Assembly (NCBI GenBank): GCA_963665665.1
Contig: OY762428.1
Coordinates: forward strand, 2,873,100-2,937,099
Direction: 5' to 3'
From: Candidatus Kapaibacterium sp.
GTDB lineage: Bacteria > Bacteroidota > Ignavibacteria > Kapaibacteriales > UBA2268
DNA length: 64,000 nt
Program-made: the position numbers and the translations under genes
Notes under the pieces: generated by a model
What the model was told of the DNA's origin: nothing
Database searches by the model: none
The model's input: only the letters and a program-made list of their open reading frames with translations
Shown here: in pieces, positions 36,125 through 45,471 of the stretch
Layout of the letters: every line of letters begins with the position of its first letter
Position numbering within the stretch: position 1 is the stretch's first letter

Positions 36125-38556
36125 GCCTGTACCAGTCCGCTTTCAAATGGGAATTCAGTGATATCAAGGATAAAGCTCTTCTCGGAATCTATTTTGCCAA
36201 GACAGAGTATCATGTCTTCGTTTGCTGTTGGCGTTTCAAGTATTTCCTCAGTAATATTAGTTTCGATTAGGTTAGTCCTTGCAAATATCTGTCCACTGAT
36301 ATTAGTAAAACTGTATCCATCGTAATATACCCGGCCGCTTATCTGGACAATTATTTTATCTCCGGTAGTTCCATTCTCTTTAGCAATGCCGATTGTCTTA
36401 TTCTGATATCCGCTATAGCTCAGGGATTTTGCCAGTTTGCCATTATCCAACAGCATTACAGCATCTCCGGCAAGGATTTCCTCGTTATCCTCCACATCAT
36501 AACTTTCGATAACAACCGAATCATCTGACAGAAAACCGAACTGATTGCTTGTGAACATGAAGAGTGGCAATTGCCCTTCATCGCCGTCCCACCAGCCAAA
36601 AGCAAAACGCTCGAGAGAATGCAGTTTGAGCTTGGTTTCAGGTTTCTGCAGGTTGATTTCAATTCCAACGACCACATAATCCCGCACCACCTGTTCCTCA
36701 ATCCATGTCCCGTCATACCTTTTTACTGTTTCAGCAAGTTTGATTTTCGAGCCAAGAGATATATTCTTCCATGAAGGATTCGAGCCGTCAGCATTCTTTG
36801 AAAAGCCGTTCCAGAAAGGCACTGTCAGACTGTACTCAGTTTCATAATACTGCTTGTCCCTTGACAGAATGTAATTCACATACTTTGTCAGGGAATCGAA
36901 ATCCATATCGCTGTCATTTATCTTAGCGAAAACCTTTGATGCAGGCCTCCAGACCGGAGTTGTACCGAGCCTGCCTATCTGGTTTGCTTTGATCGGGGCA
37001 GTCTTCAGATAGATTCCTGAATGAAGCCTTTCAGTTGCAGCGCTGTTGCCATTTCCGGGAGCATTCGCAAGGCTATATAGCCCGTATGTATCCCAGGAAA
37101 CATTATTCTGTGTTATATTCATGGGAGCAGTTTTAAAGGCATGACCACCATAGCTGTTAACCGCATCAAGAGTGTGGGTAATTACTGAAGTAGTGAGCAG
37201 AAGCCTTTCTGACTCAATGCCTTTTTTCTCTTTTGCATACTTCCTTTCCTGATCGGCATCCTGAAATTTCTTTGATGGAAGCGGTTCGTTGGTATTGGCT
37301 TTATTGATAATCTCATCAAATTCATCAACGGCCAAGTTGTTTCCCAGCCCATAAAATTCATTCGACTCCTTAGTAATCACCGAGCTTGTATCAAAACCTG
37401 CTTCCTCAGCTCCAATAAGATAAGTATATTCATCCTCTACAAGCCCTTTTCGGGACTTAAATTCTATGTTGATGCTTGTTCCTGATGTGTATGATATAAA
37501 CAGATAACAGGCAAATGACCGGGCAATCTCAAAGAGCAGGTCTGAAACATTGTCGATATTCTTGAAGGAATAGGATTTCTCGCTCGAAACCTGATTCTTC
37601 TGCCATTCCTCTTGCTGAGTGTTACCCAATGAAGGATCTATCATCTTCCGGTGAATAAAAGGTGCGCTCCAATCTACCCCGGAATCTGAATTTGAGAGCT
37701 TCAATTCAATTCGTACCGTCTGTTCTGTCTTTACTTCCGTTACATCAATATTAAATTCTTCCTCTAATTCAAAAGATACAGGTGAAGACTGGATACCAAG
37801 TGATTTTTCAACAAGGTTCAATGCCATATTCGTATTTGTTAACTGGGCAATTATCTCGGAAGCTTTATCCAGGTAAAGGTCAATTACCTTATAAAGATTA
37901 CCAAGATGGCAGAAGTAAGCATAAGGAGTAACGACGCTGGAAGTTGAATAGGCAAGCCTGTAATTGAAAATATTCTTTATCGATGACCAGTTCTCAGCTT
38001 CAAATCTTTCATAAATATTTGAAACCGGAGTTCCGGACATATCTTCAATATTTCCGGTCAGCTTAACCTGATCGAGAATGGAAATATCGAAGCTGTATGC
38101 AGAAAGCTTGTACTCCCTTTTTGGATTGACAATATACTCGTATTCCTGACCTTCCCAATATTTATCATCCCCACTTATTTTATTACCTATTTTTCCAATA
38201 AAAAGCATATTGGTAAGGCTTGCAGTCTCACCGAAGAACAAAGCACAGTAGCGGTTTACCTTGATATTCGCTGAATCAAGAACAAAATACATAGCTTTGA
38301 AATCATCTTCACTCTGGCAGGTCAGATGAGAAACGGAAAAAGGCAGTTCGTCAATAGCATAACTGCCTTCCTCAGTATTCAGATCTTTTTTTACAGATTC
38401 AAGCATGAAAATATCAGTCTCTGAACCAATATCCTGAAATAATTCAGTATAGGTATCTGAAACCGCAAACAGTACCGATTGAACGCCGAAAAGGTATTCT
38501 CTATATTGATATTTCTGGAAGAATCTCATAGAAAGCCAACTAATTTCTTTAATCAT
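36121..38556 (-). CDS. large phage tail protein (811 aa; sheath-like position), hypothetical
   Basis: First gene after promoter-like copy B. No motif recognised. Confidence 0.4.
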   Translation of the reverse strand: MIKEISWLSMRFFQKYQYREYLFGVQSVLFAVSDTYTELFQDIGSETDIFMLESVKKDLNTEEGSYAIDELPFSVSHLTCQSEDDFKAMYFVLDSANIKVNRYCALFFGETASLTNMLFIGKIGNKISGDDKYWEGQEYEYIVNPKREYKLSAYSFDISILDQVKLTGNIEDMSGTPVSNIYERFEAENWSSIKNIFNYRLAYSTSSVVTPYAYFCHLGNLYKVIDLYLDKASEIIAQLTNTNMALNLVEKSLGIQSSPVSFELEEEFNIDVTEVKTEQTVRIELKLSNSDSGVDWSAPFIHRKMIDPSLGNTQQEEWQKNQVSSEKSYSFKNIDNVSDLLFEIARSFACYLFISYTSGTSINIEFKSRKGLVEDEYTYLIGAEEAGFDTSSVITKESNEFYGLGNNLAVDEFDEIINKANTNEPLPSKKFQDADQERKYAKEKKGIESERLLLTTSVITHTLDAVNSYGGHAFKTAPMNITQNNVSWDTYGLYSLANAPGNGNSAATERLHSGIYLKTAPIKANQIGRLGTTPVWRPASKVFAKINDSDMDFDSLTKYVNYILSRDKQYYETEYSLTVPFWNGFSKNADGSNPSWKNISLGSKIKLAETVKRYDGTWIEEQVVRDYVVVGIEINLQKPETKLKLHSLERFAFGWWDGDEGQLPLFMFTSNQFGFLSDDSVVIESYDVEDNEEILAGDAVMLLDNGKLAKSLSYSGYQNKTIGIAKENGTTGDKIIVQISGRVYYDGYSFTNISGQIFARTNLIETNITEEILETPTANEDMILCLGKIDSEKSFILDITEFPFESGLVQA

Positions 38557-38579
38557 TAACTGGCAATCTAAATGTTCAG

Positions 38580-38617
38580 TATGTATTTTTACAGGTATTG
38601 AGTGTCAATAGGAAATG
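38580..38617 (-). promoter_or_regulatory. phage promoter-like bipartite element, copy B
   Basis: Transcribed strand: CATTTCCTA TTGACA CTCAATACCTGTAAAAA TACATA. Confidence 0.55.
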
Positions 38618-38741
38618 AAAGAATCAATGAAATGGGGATACAAAATGATGGCATTTCTATCCTTTTACCAGATAATAGTATCATAAAGTTAGTAATCTCG
38701 ATGATATATAGTGCAAAATACTACTATTATGGTTTAACCAT

Positions 38742-39641
38742 TTATTGACGTTCTGGAGGTAAAATTATATCTCCTTCATCATAAGATGCTATTGACAAAA
38801 CATCTTGAATATAAGATTGAAATGGAGGTGGATATAGCTGTGTGGAAGTTAAATGTTCATATAAAGATAGCATTAATAAAATTAATGCATGGGCATCACA
38901 ATCTTCTTTATTGAACTTGAAAGAGACTAAACCAGACTTAGGGTCTTTTTTTTCGTAAGATTTAATGGCTATCGGACCTAAATTTATGCCGTTTTTGATA
39001 AATTCCAATTTTGATCTAACAATAATTTTTCCATCTAAACAGCAAATAATATTAGGAATTAATTCTTTGTTTACATTTGTAAATTCGCTTTTTAAAGAAC
39101 CTTTATCCATATCATTCGAATCGCCAATAATCACAAAATGAAATAAATCATTCTGTCTTTCACCTTTTCTATTTATTGATAAATTATCTCCAAGACTAAC
39201 TCCATTTCCAACATATGATAAGGGAACTGATTCTCTTGCCATACCGTTCATAACTTGATTAATTGCATTAACAAAGTTTTCTAAATACTTTTTGGATTTA
39301 TAATAAGTTGATTTGATCTCACCAATAGCATATACAGATTCATATGGAAAATATTCAGTCCCATTTTCACTATCATAAAGAATCTGAGTTGTCGTAGAAT
39401 CGGCAATAATTATATCAAATTGAGGGCTAACGGATAAATTCTTATCCACTATGTGGCCATGCCCAATGTAGAATTTTTGGGGCAATCTTTTTTTCAAAAA
39501 CTTTCTAATAGGTATTTCAAGTTCATCTCCACTAGCATCGATGTCACCAGTATTATGAATGATTTTTGATGAATTTCTTGCTGATTTTATTCTCTCCACT
39601 TCTTGTTTGTAGATATTTTCTATTGGAAATTTTTTCATCAT
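38742..39641 (-). CDS. DUF6602-like PD-(D/E)xK-fold protein (cargo gene)
   Basis: GDELEIPIRKFLKKRLPQKFYIGHGHIVDKNLSVSPQFDIIIADS..FPYESVYAIGEIKSTY matches my recollection of the DUF6602 pattern (S-Q-DIIIyD ... IEVK). AT-rich, flanked by 185- and 135-bp spacers. Confidence 0.55.
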   Translation of the reverse strand: MMKKFPIENIYKQEVERIKSARNSSKIIHNTGDIDASGDELEIPIRKFLKKRLPQKFYIGHGHIVDKNLSVSPQFDIIIADSTTTQILYDSENGTEYFPYESVYAIGEIKSTYYKSKKYLENFVNAINQVMNGMARESVPLSYVGNGVSLGDNLSINRKGERQNDLFHFVIIGDSNDMDKGSLKSEFTNVNKELIPNIICCLDGKIIVRSKLEFIKNGINLGPIAIKSYEKKDPKSGLVSFKFNKEDCDAHALILLMLSLYEHLTSTQLYPPPFQSYIQDVLSIASYDEGDIILPPERQ

Positions 39642-39776
39642 TAAACTTTCAATTCATTATAATTATAAATTTATCAATATAAAATATAGAAATGTTTGGA
39701 ATTTTTCAATTTATATAACAAGAATCTTTATCTCATATTCCTTATTTACTAGTAAATGTATAAAAATTTAATATTT

Positions 39777-40499
39777 CTATACATAAGTAATATTCGACAC
39801 AACCGCCACATCTCCGTCAAGCAACTGCAAAGCCTCTGCAGAGACAATATCAGGCGGAAGAATACCTTCTACATCAAGCCCTGTACCGCCAAGTTTCCAT
39901 GTGATTGCAGTAAATAAACCTACAGCGGTCAGATCAGCTTCAACAAGCCCTGAATTCTTATAGGAAACAAATGTCATTGTCAGGCTTGCCGGGTTGTTGT
40001 TCAGCTGCTGCTCAATGTCATTGTTGATCTTGCCTATCATGTGGATATAGCCGTCCGGCTTTCTGAGTGTTGCATCAGTCCTTGCTTTGTGAGAATAACC
40101 TGTACCAATAGTTATCATAAATAAAGCTCCCAGTTTTCCCTGTAATTCTTTCAAAAATGCAGTCCATGAATTGGATTCCATCGGAGCCTCATTAGCCACG
40201 AGAGTTATCTCGCCTTTGCTTGTAGCATCACTTGAAGAATCAGCCGGTGTAATATCAGTTTCATCAATACCGGACAGAATGAGATTCGTTTTCGGGAAAC
40301 GAATAATAGCCCCATCAGAGCGGTTGATATCAATATTATCCGAACCGGCGGAATCAGAACCCGGTTTCATCAGCTTATATGTTGAAGACTGCAGGTTGTT
40401 GAATTTCCACAGCTCAGTTATTGTATTGCTCTCAATCAGATGTACCCAGCCAAAGGGCGAGCCAGTCAGGATTATCTTTTTATCAGTTGTAGTCGGCAT
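39777..40499 (-). CDS. phage structural protein (possible major tail protein), hypothetical
   Basis: 240 aa in the tail/fibre operon. Confidence 0.35.
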   Translation of the reverse strand: MPTTTDKKIILTGSPFGWVHLIESNTITELWKFNNLQSSTYKLMKPGSDSAGSDNIDINRSDGAIIRFPKTNLILSGIDETDITPADSSSDATSKGEITLVANEAPMESNSWTAFLKELQGKLGALFMITIGTGYSHKARTDATLRKPDGYIHMIGKINNDIEQQLNNNPASLTMTFVSYKNSGLVEADLTAVGLFTAITWKLGGTGLDVEGILPPDIVSAEALQLLDGDVAVVSNITYV

Positions 40500-40512
40500 T
40501 TCAAACTCCTAT

Positions 40513-40683
40513 CTATTTATTAATATTATCTTCTTCAATCGGAACAGCTTCGAGATTTTCCTCTTTGGTTATTGGTGAAGCCTTGATTTCGTTCAGCAAG
40601 TCAATTACCAGCTTAAATGGTTTGTCTTCCAATAGCTGTACAATCCTGTTAAGCGTTTTCTCATTAATGATGTATTCCTGCAT
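40513..40683 (-). CDS. small phage protein (56 aa), hypothetical
   Basis: My own translation: MQEYIINEKTLNRIVQLLEDKPFKLVIDLLNEIKASPITKEENLEAVPIEEDNINK*. It fills the gap between two tail genes and falls below the track's length cutoff. Confidence 0.45.
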   Translation of the reverse strand: MQEYIINEKTLNRIVQLLEDKPFKLVIDLLNEIKASPITKEENLEAVPIEEDNINK

Positions 40684-40693
40684 TCTTACCTCT

Positions 40694-42229
40694 TTAAATT
40701 ATTTCATTACAAACAATTCCTTCAGTGCCACCTAAATACCGGGCATGAAGATAGCCACCAAGTATCTGCCTGAATGAACCGTTCGGCAGAGTAGCTTTCC
40801 ATTTAACATCTCTTTGTCCGCATAGTTCGAGCTGGACAAACATCATCACGCTTCCCTGAAGAGAATTATTATACCATTCCGGCAATTGTTGTTGGGGGAG
40901 AGGTATGAAATTTCCACTTTCGTCAATCAATCTCCAACTGTCTCCGGGAGTATCTAGTTCAAGGGTCTGCGGATTTTCTGTTCTGTAATTCGTTACCTGG
41001 TCAGAATCATATTCAATAACCCGTAAAAACATATCAAAATGATAGAAACCGTCAAATGGGAGACCTTCATTATCATCTGCCGGAACATTGCCAGTGATGA
41101 TGGTTACAGGGGTAATACTACTCTCAGGAATATCGAATCTTTTAAACCATGACGTTTTTGCACATTTTATCACCGTCATTTTAATATGGAATAGTTCGAA
41201 ATTCTGAATTGGTATAACCGGGTTGCCATGATCATCCGGCTGGTCGGAGAGCGAGCATCCTATAAAAATATCTTCATCGGATGTGAAGATAAATTCTTCG
41301 TTGAAGCTTATAGTATCACCAGATGACCAGACGTATTCTGTTGACCGGATAAAGGTCCAGGCAGAGCTTTCATCAGACCTTGTTAGGTATTGGCAATAAA
41401 TTGGCTGTGATGTAAAATCTGTATTACAGTCATTATCTGAAGGATTTGCTCCCCATTCACCTTCGATTTTTATTTTGAAATAATAACAGGGATCACCAGT
41501 GATTTTCAATCCTTTTGGAACATCTCCAAGCATCAGTTTATCACCTGATGAACTTGATATTAATTCATAAATCAGATGGTTCTTGCAGCATATAATTTGT
41601 TTCAGTTCCTGTGTTAAATCATTCCGGGTTAGGTAAGAATCATCCTCTTTGCGTTCAAAACTAATCAGTACCCATTTTTCAATATTGTTGTTATATGAAA
41701 ATTCAGCTTTTGTTACTTTGTCAATATTTGTATTTGTTCCTGTATCGATCTTTTTATGATTTGCCGGTATTGTCTGTGTGGAATTGTCCTTAATGTTGAA
41801 CCAGGATCCGTCTTTTGCCGTATAAACAAAACGCCTTCCCTTTAAATCATCCCAGTCTGTTACAGTTCCGGAACTGCCGATGAAATGCAGAGTGCCGAGA
41901 GTATTTGAAGAATTATCGTTGTATCCTTCCGATAAATTTATATTTGAATCTGACTGGTGTAGAAAATTGCTGGTTGCGCTTGTGACAGTATCATCATCCC
42001 TTGGATTTGCCGGATCCAGTGAATTTGTAGATTCATCGGTCCAGGATTTATTATCCCAGGTATTCCAGTTGGTGCCATCCCATACCCAAATCTTATCGTT
42101 ATAATAAACAGAATAACCCTTTTCATCAGTTCCCAATCCTGTTGGCAGAGAGCTTACATTTTCCAGTCTTCCTTTCATAATCTCAGTGAAGTTGAAGTCT
42201 GTATCATCAAGTATTGGCCTGCCTGACAT
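40694..42229 (-). CDS. phage tail fibre / receptor-binding-like protein, hypothetical
   Basis: The ATG at 42229 is preceded by TAAGGAGGAAGAT. The track start at 42328 would overlap the upstream fibre gene. Confidence 0.5.
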   Translation of the reverse strand: MSGRPILDDTDFNFTEIMKGRLENVSSLPTGLGTDEKGYSVYYNDKIWVWDGTNWNTWDNKSWTDESTNSLDPANPRDDDTVTSATSNFLHQSDSNINLSEGYNDNSSNTLGTLHFIGSSGTVTDWDDLKGRRFVYTAKDGSWFNIKDNSTQTIPANHKKIDTGTNTNIDKVTKAEFSYNNNIEKWVLISFERKEDDSYLTRNDLTQELKQIICCKNHLIYELISSSSGDKLMLGDVPKGLKITGDPCYYFKIKIEGEWGANPSDNDCNTDFTSQPIYCQYLTRSDESSAWTFIRSTEYVWSSGDTISFNEEFIFTSDEDIFIGCSLSDQPDDHGNPVIPIQNFELFHIKMTVIKCAKTSWFKRFDIPESSITPVTIITGNVPADDNEGLPFDGFYHFDMFLRVIEYDSDQVTNYRTENPQTLELDTPGDSWRLIDESGNFIPLPQQQLPEWYNNSLQGSVMMFVQLELCGQRDVKWKATLPNGSFRQILGGYLHARYLGGTEGIVCNEII

Positions 42230-42239
42230 ATCTTCCTCC

Positions 42240-43829
42240 TTATCCGATAATAACCACTTTATAAACCTTACCGGATGCCGGAGCAGTTTTAAAAGAAAAC
42301 TTAGCATTGTTGGTATCGTACCTCTCAATTAGTGGATAAGCAGAATAGCCGCTTGTGCTGTCATAAACATCTATCAGGATATCCTTTGAAGCAAGGTTGT
42401 GAGCTATCGTGAATGTTGTAGTTGCAGCATTGCCGGTGATTGTTCCAAGAACCTTCTTGTTCTTATAAGCCCCTTTGATCTGAAGCTGATTCCCGACAAT
42501 TTCAAGTGTTGAATCATCTACATTTATCTTCAATCCACTGGCAGTTTTAGTAATACCGCCGGTAGCGTCAAGTTTTGCCTGTAATGTATCGCCGCTGATC
42601 TCAATTGATTGGTTATCAACATTGATATCCAATTGATTGCCTGTTTTTGATAAGCCCAAGCCAGCAACTATCTGTGATGCCCCGGTAAACTGTGTCCACG
42701 ATACGGCAGTTGTTCCAAGTGTCCCACCGTTATCAACAGTACATATCCATGCGGTATCAGCATTGACAGAGCCTTCCTCAACGAATACAGAAGCGGAAAC
42801 CAATTCAGCCCAGGTATCATTATCATTTGCTCTTGACCATGAAGTGGAAGCCACAATATAAATACCATTTTGTGCGGCTGTTGTCTGATTTTTAACCAGA
42901 ATTCTGTCGCCGGCAACGAGACTTTTACCATCAATTGTCTGTGTTCCGGATAAAGTTAAATTGCCTGTTGAGGCTACACGAACGCTGTTCTTCCAGTCCA
43001 GACCTGAAACGGCATTATCAACATAATTCTTTGTTGCGGCATCCTGCGGACTGGTTGGATCGGAAAGATTAGTAATTTTCTGACTATTCAGGTTAAGAGA
43101 TGTAGTGGGTAAAGCCATCTGGTCAAGCCTGTTCTGTCTTACTCCTGTATCGAAGTCAGTAATCTGCGTATGAACATGTGTATGAGATGGAAGATCTCCT
43201 GAACTGAGATTGGTTGCAGAAGTTACCCGGCCTTTAGCATCAACGGTTACTTTGGTATATGTTCCGGCAGCCACTCCGGTATTTGTAAGCTGAATACCAT
43301 TGGATACTATCTCAATTCCACCACCGGAAACAATCCTGACATCTGCTTTGATTGAATTGCTGGCATCCGTATAGGTAAGATCAACGGAGTCAGTATCAGT
43401 AAGAGTTGATCCAACAGCATCCTGAGCGGCTTCATTGAAATTGGAGATTGTAGAAGCCGACTGTGTTCCGGTATGATTGGAACGGCTAAGGTAATATGAG
43501 CCATGCTGACTATCAAGGGTATCGGCATTATCAGCCTCTTCTACGATTCCGTCATTATCTGTATCATATACAGATTTCTGCATATCCGGATATATCCAGC
43601 TTGTAGCAGTCCTGTAGCCAAATTTACCATCGCCATTAACATTGTCAGTTTTTCCAGTATTATGCAATATCTGTCCGGCTAATGGCGATGCAGGCTCAGA
43701 AGCCAGATTCTGCACAACGGCATTCCTTATCTCGTTTTTATCCAAATCCAGATAACCTGTGCTGTTCAGGATTTTCAGGATTCCCGATAAATCTATATCA
43801 TTCAAAAATGGAATTGACGGCACACACAC
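42240..43829 (-). CDS. phage tail fibre protein
   Basis: LDSQHGSYYLSRSNHTGTQSASTISNF is the box common in phage fibre proteins, and the sequence is Thr/Gly/Ser-rich and repetitive. GTG start. Confidence 0.75.
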   Translation of the reverse strand: MCVPSIPFLNDIDLSGILKILNSTGYLDLDKNEIRNAVVQNLASEPASPLAGQILHNTGKTDNVNGDGKFGYRTATSWIYPDMQKSVYDTDNDGIVEEADNADTLDSQHGSYYLSRSNHTGTQSASTISNFNEAAQDAVGSTLTDTDSVDLTYTDASNSIKADVRIVSGGGIEIVSNGIQLTNTGVAAGTYTKVTVDAKGRVTSATNLSSGDLPSHTHVHTQITDFDTGVRQNRLDQMALPTTSLNLNSQKITNLSDPTSPQDAATKNYVDNAVSGLDWKNSVRVASTGNLTLSGTQTIDGKSLVAGDRILVKNQTTAAQNGIYIVASTSWSRANDNDTWAELVSASVFVEEGSVNADTAWICTVDNGGTLGTTAVSWTQFTGASQIVAGLGLSKTGNQLDINVDNQSIEISGDTLQAKLDATGGITKTASGLKINVDDSTLEIVGNQLQIKGAYKNKKVLGTITGNAATTTFTIAHNLASKDILIDVYDSTSGYSAYPLIERYDTNNAKFSFKTAPASGKVYKVVIIG

Positions 43830-43832
43830 CTC

Positions 43833-43904
43833 AGTTTACAGTTGACAATTGATAGTGGACAGTTTTTCTTTAACTATCAACTATCCACTGTAAACTATCA
43901 ACTA
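43833..43904. repeat. heptad-word inverted repeat (AGTTGAN / TCAACTN), site 1
   Basis: The left arm agtttacagttgacaattgatagtgg matches the reverse complement of the right arm, agtttacagtggatagttgatagtta, at about 22 of 26 positions. Lies between promoter-like copy C and the fibre start. Confidence 0.7.
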
Positions 43905-43906
43905 CT

Positions 43907-43944
43907 CTTGTATTATTACAGGTATTGAGTGTGGGTAGGGAGTG
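43907..43944 (-). promoter_or_regulatory. phage promoter-like bipartite element, copy C
   Basis: Transcribed strand: CACTCCCTA CCCACA CTCAATACCTGTAATAA TACAAG. Confidence 0.6.
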
Positions 43945-44085
43945 AGGTTTATATTTCTACAAATCCAGTTAATTCTCATGGAAAGCTATGGCTCTTATAA
44001 AAAGAAAAAGCTGAACCTTTTATTGAGATTCCAGTTTTTCTGTGAATACCTTGGCAGATGAGGATTTGAAGAAAAATTAGCATTG

Positions 44086-45447
44086 CTACTTTAAAAATTT
44101 AAATTCTACCCTTCTGTTTTTTGCTTTGCCTTCATCAGTTTTATTATCTGCAATAGGTTTAGATTCTCCATATCCAATAGCAATAAGATTATTTTTGTTA
44201 ATACCTTTTTTGATTAAATAGTTTACAACTGATTGGGCCCTTGATTGTGACAAACGTTTGTTGTAGGAGTCGCTGCCATCACTATCAGTATGACCGGAAA
44301 TTTCTACCTTAACATTTGGATATTCCTTAAGCAATTCAACTAATCTATCGAGTTCGGAATATGATTCGGGCCTCAAATCCGATTTATTATATTCAAAAAA
44401 GATATTGTTTACAGTAATACTCCCATCCCAGGGTTTCTTCATTATAATGTCTTTAGTTATGGTAGTTTCTTTCTTTTGACCTTTCAACATTGCATTATCA
44501 GATATGCTTGAGTATCCCTTCTTTTGAAAATAAAATGCATAATTCGAGCCTATAGGAACTTTGAATTCATAGCTCCCATCAGACGGCGAACTATTTGTAG
44601 TTCCTATTTCAACATTTTTATAATTCTCGCTCATCAGCTCCCACCCTACTTTAACTTCCAAAGGCGATCCGTTCGTCGTTTTTACAGTTCCTTTTACGGT
44701 TGCAAAGACAGGCGTTCCTTCGCCAAAAAGCTTTAGTATTGCAGGCTGCGTCTGGTTTTCATAACTTACGATTATTCTGCCGTCCGTCCTTCCGTCCTTC
44801 ACGGGAGCAAAACCGATATTCAATTCTTTGGTTTCATTCGGAGCCAAAGAAAAAGGAGTAAATTTATCGGTTAAAGAAAACTGCGAACCGGACTCGTTAT
44901 CGATCGAAATTGAAGTAATTTTTATCGGACTTGTACCTATATTTTTTATCGCTTTCGATATAGCCCTGTCCGATTGAGAAAATATCGGGACTTTGCCAAA
45001 ATCGACAATTCCGGAATAAACTTCGATTTTCGCCTCGACGCTCTCGCCCGAGATTTTATAGATCAGCGTATCGGCCTGCGTTACTATAACGACGTCGGCC
45101 GTTTTCATTCCTGAGCTTTGCGGATTAAAGCGAAACTCGATATCCCTGCCAGAATTCGACGGAATAGAAAAGGGGAACACATACGTCAAAAGCCGGAAAT
45201 CATTAGCATGATCTCCGGCAATAGTAATATTATCAATCCTAACAGCAAACTTTCCCGTATTTTGTAAATAACCGGCAAAAACGGAATCCTTTTTTGTATT
45301 ATTCAATACTTGCCCGAAATCAATATCCATTGCCGACGCTTTGGGAACGATAATTGAAAGTCGATTGTCTGATTTGTCCTGGATTTGAGCTAAAGTCTCA
45401 ATATGTAGAGACAACAGCAAAACAATATATAAAATTAAATATTTCAT
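44086..45447 (-). CDS. secreted OmpA-family protein with Ig-like and CarboxypepD_reg-like domains
   Basis: Signal peptide MKYLILYIVLLLSLHIETLAQ. The C-terminal OmpA domain reads EISGHTDSDGSDSYNKRLSQSRAQSVVNYL..GYGESKP..NRRVEFKF. Confidence 0.8.
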   Translation of the reverse strand: MKYLILYIVLLLSLHIETLAQIQDKSDNRLSIIVPKASAMDIDFGQVLNNTKKDSVFAGYLQNTGKFAVRIDNITIAGDHANDFRLLTYVFPFSIPSNSGRDIEFRFNPQSSGMKTADVVIVTQADTLIYKISGESVEAKIEVYSGIVDFGKVPIFSQSDRAISKAIKNIGTSPIKITSISIDNESGSQFSLTDKFTPFSLAPNETKELNIGFAPVKDGRTDGRIIVSYENQTQPAILKLFGEGTPVFATVKGTVKTTNGSPLEVKVGWELMSENYKNVEIGTTNSSPSDGSYEFKVPIGSNYAFYFQKKGYSSISDNAMLKGQKKETTITKDIIMKKPWDGSITVNNIFFEYNKSDLRPESYSELDRLVELLKEYPNVKVEISGHTDSDGSDSYNKRLSQSRAQSVVNYLIKKGINKNNLIAIGYGESKPIADNKTDEGKAKNRRVEFKFLK

Positions 45448-45471
45448 TCTTATATCCTTAATAATTTCAAA

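Noticed and set aside
42240-43829. A possible diversity-generating retroelement target in the tail-fibre gene.
   Set aside because: No reverse transcriptase ORF exists anywhere in the window. I noticed no template/variable repeat pair near the fibre 3' end.
44018-44032. A 15-nt identity (CCTTTTATTGAGATT) with 47758-47772, inside the 95-aa gene, considered as a second remnant of that gene.
   Set aside because: A few exact 15-mers are expected by chance in 64 kb of AT-rich sequence on two strands. The flanking similarity is weak, unlike the 58-nt match at 51605-51662.
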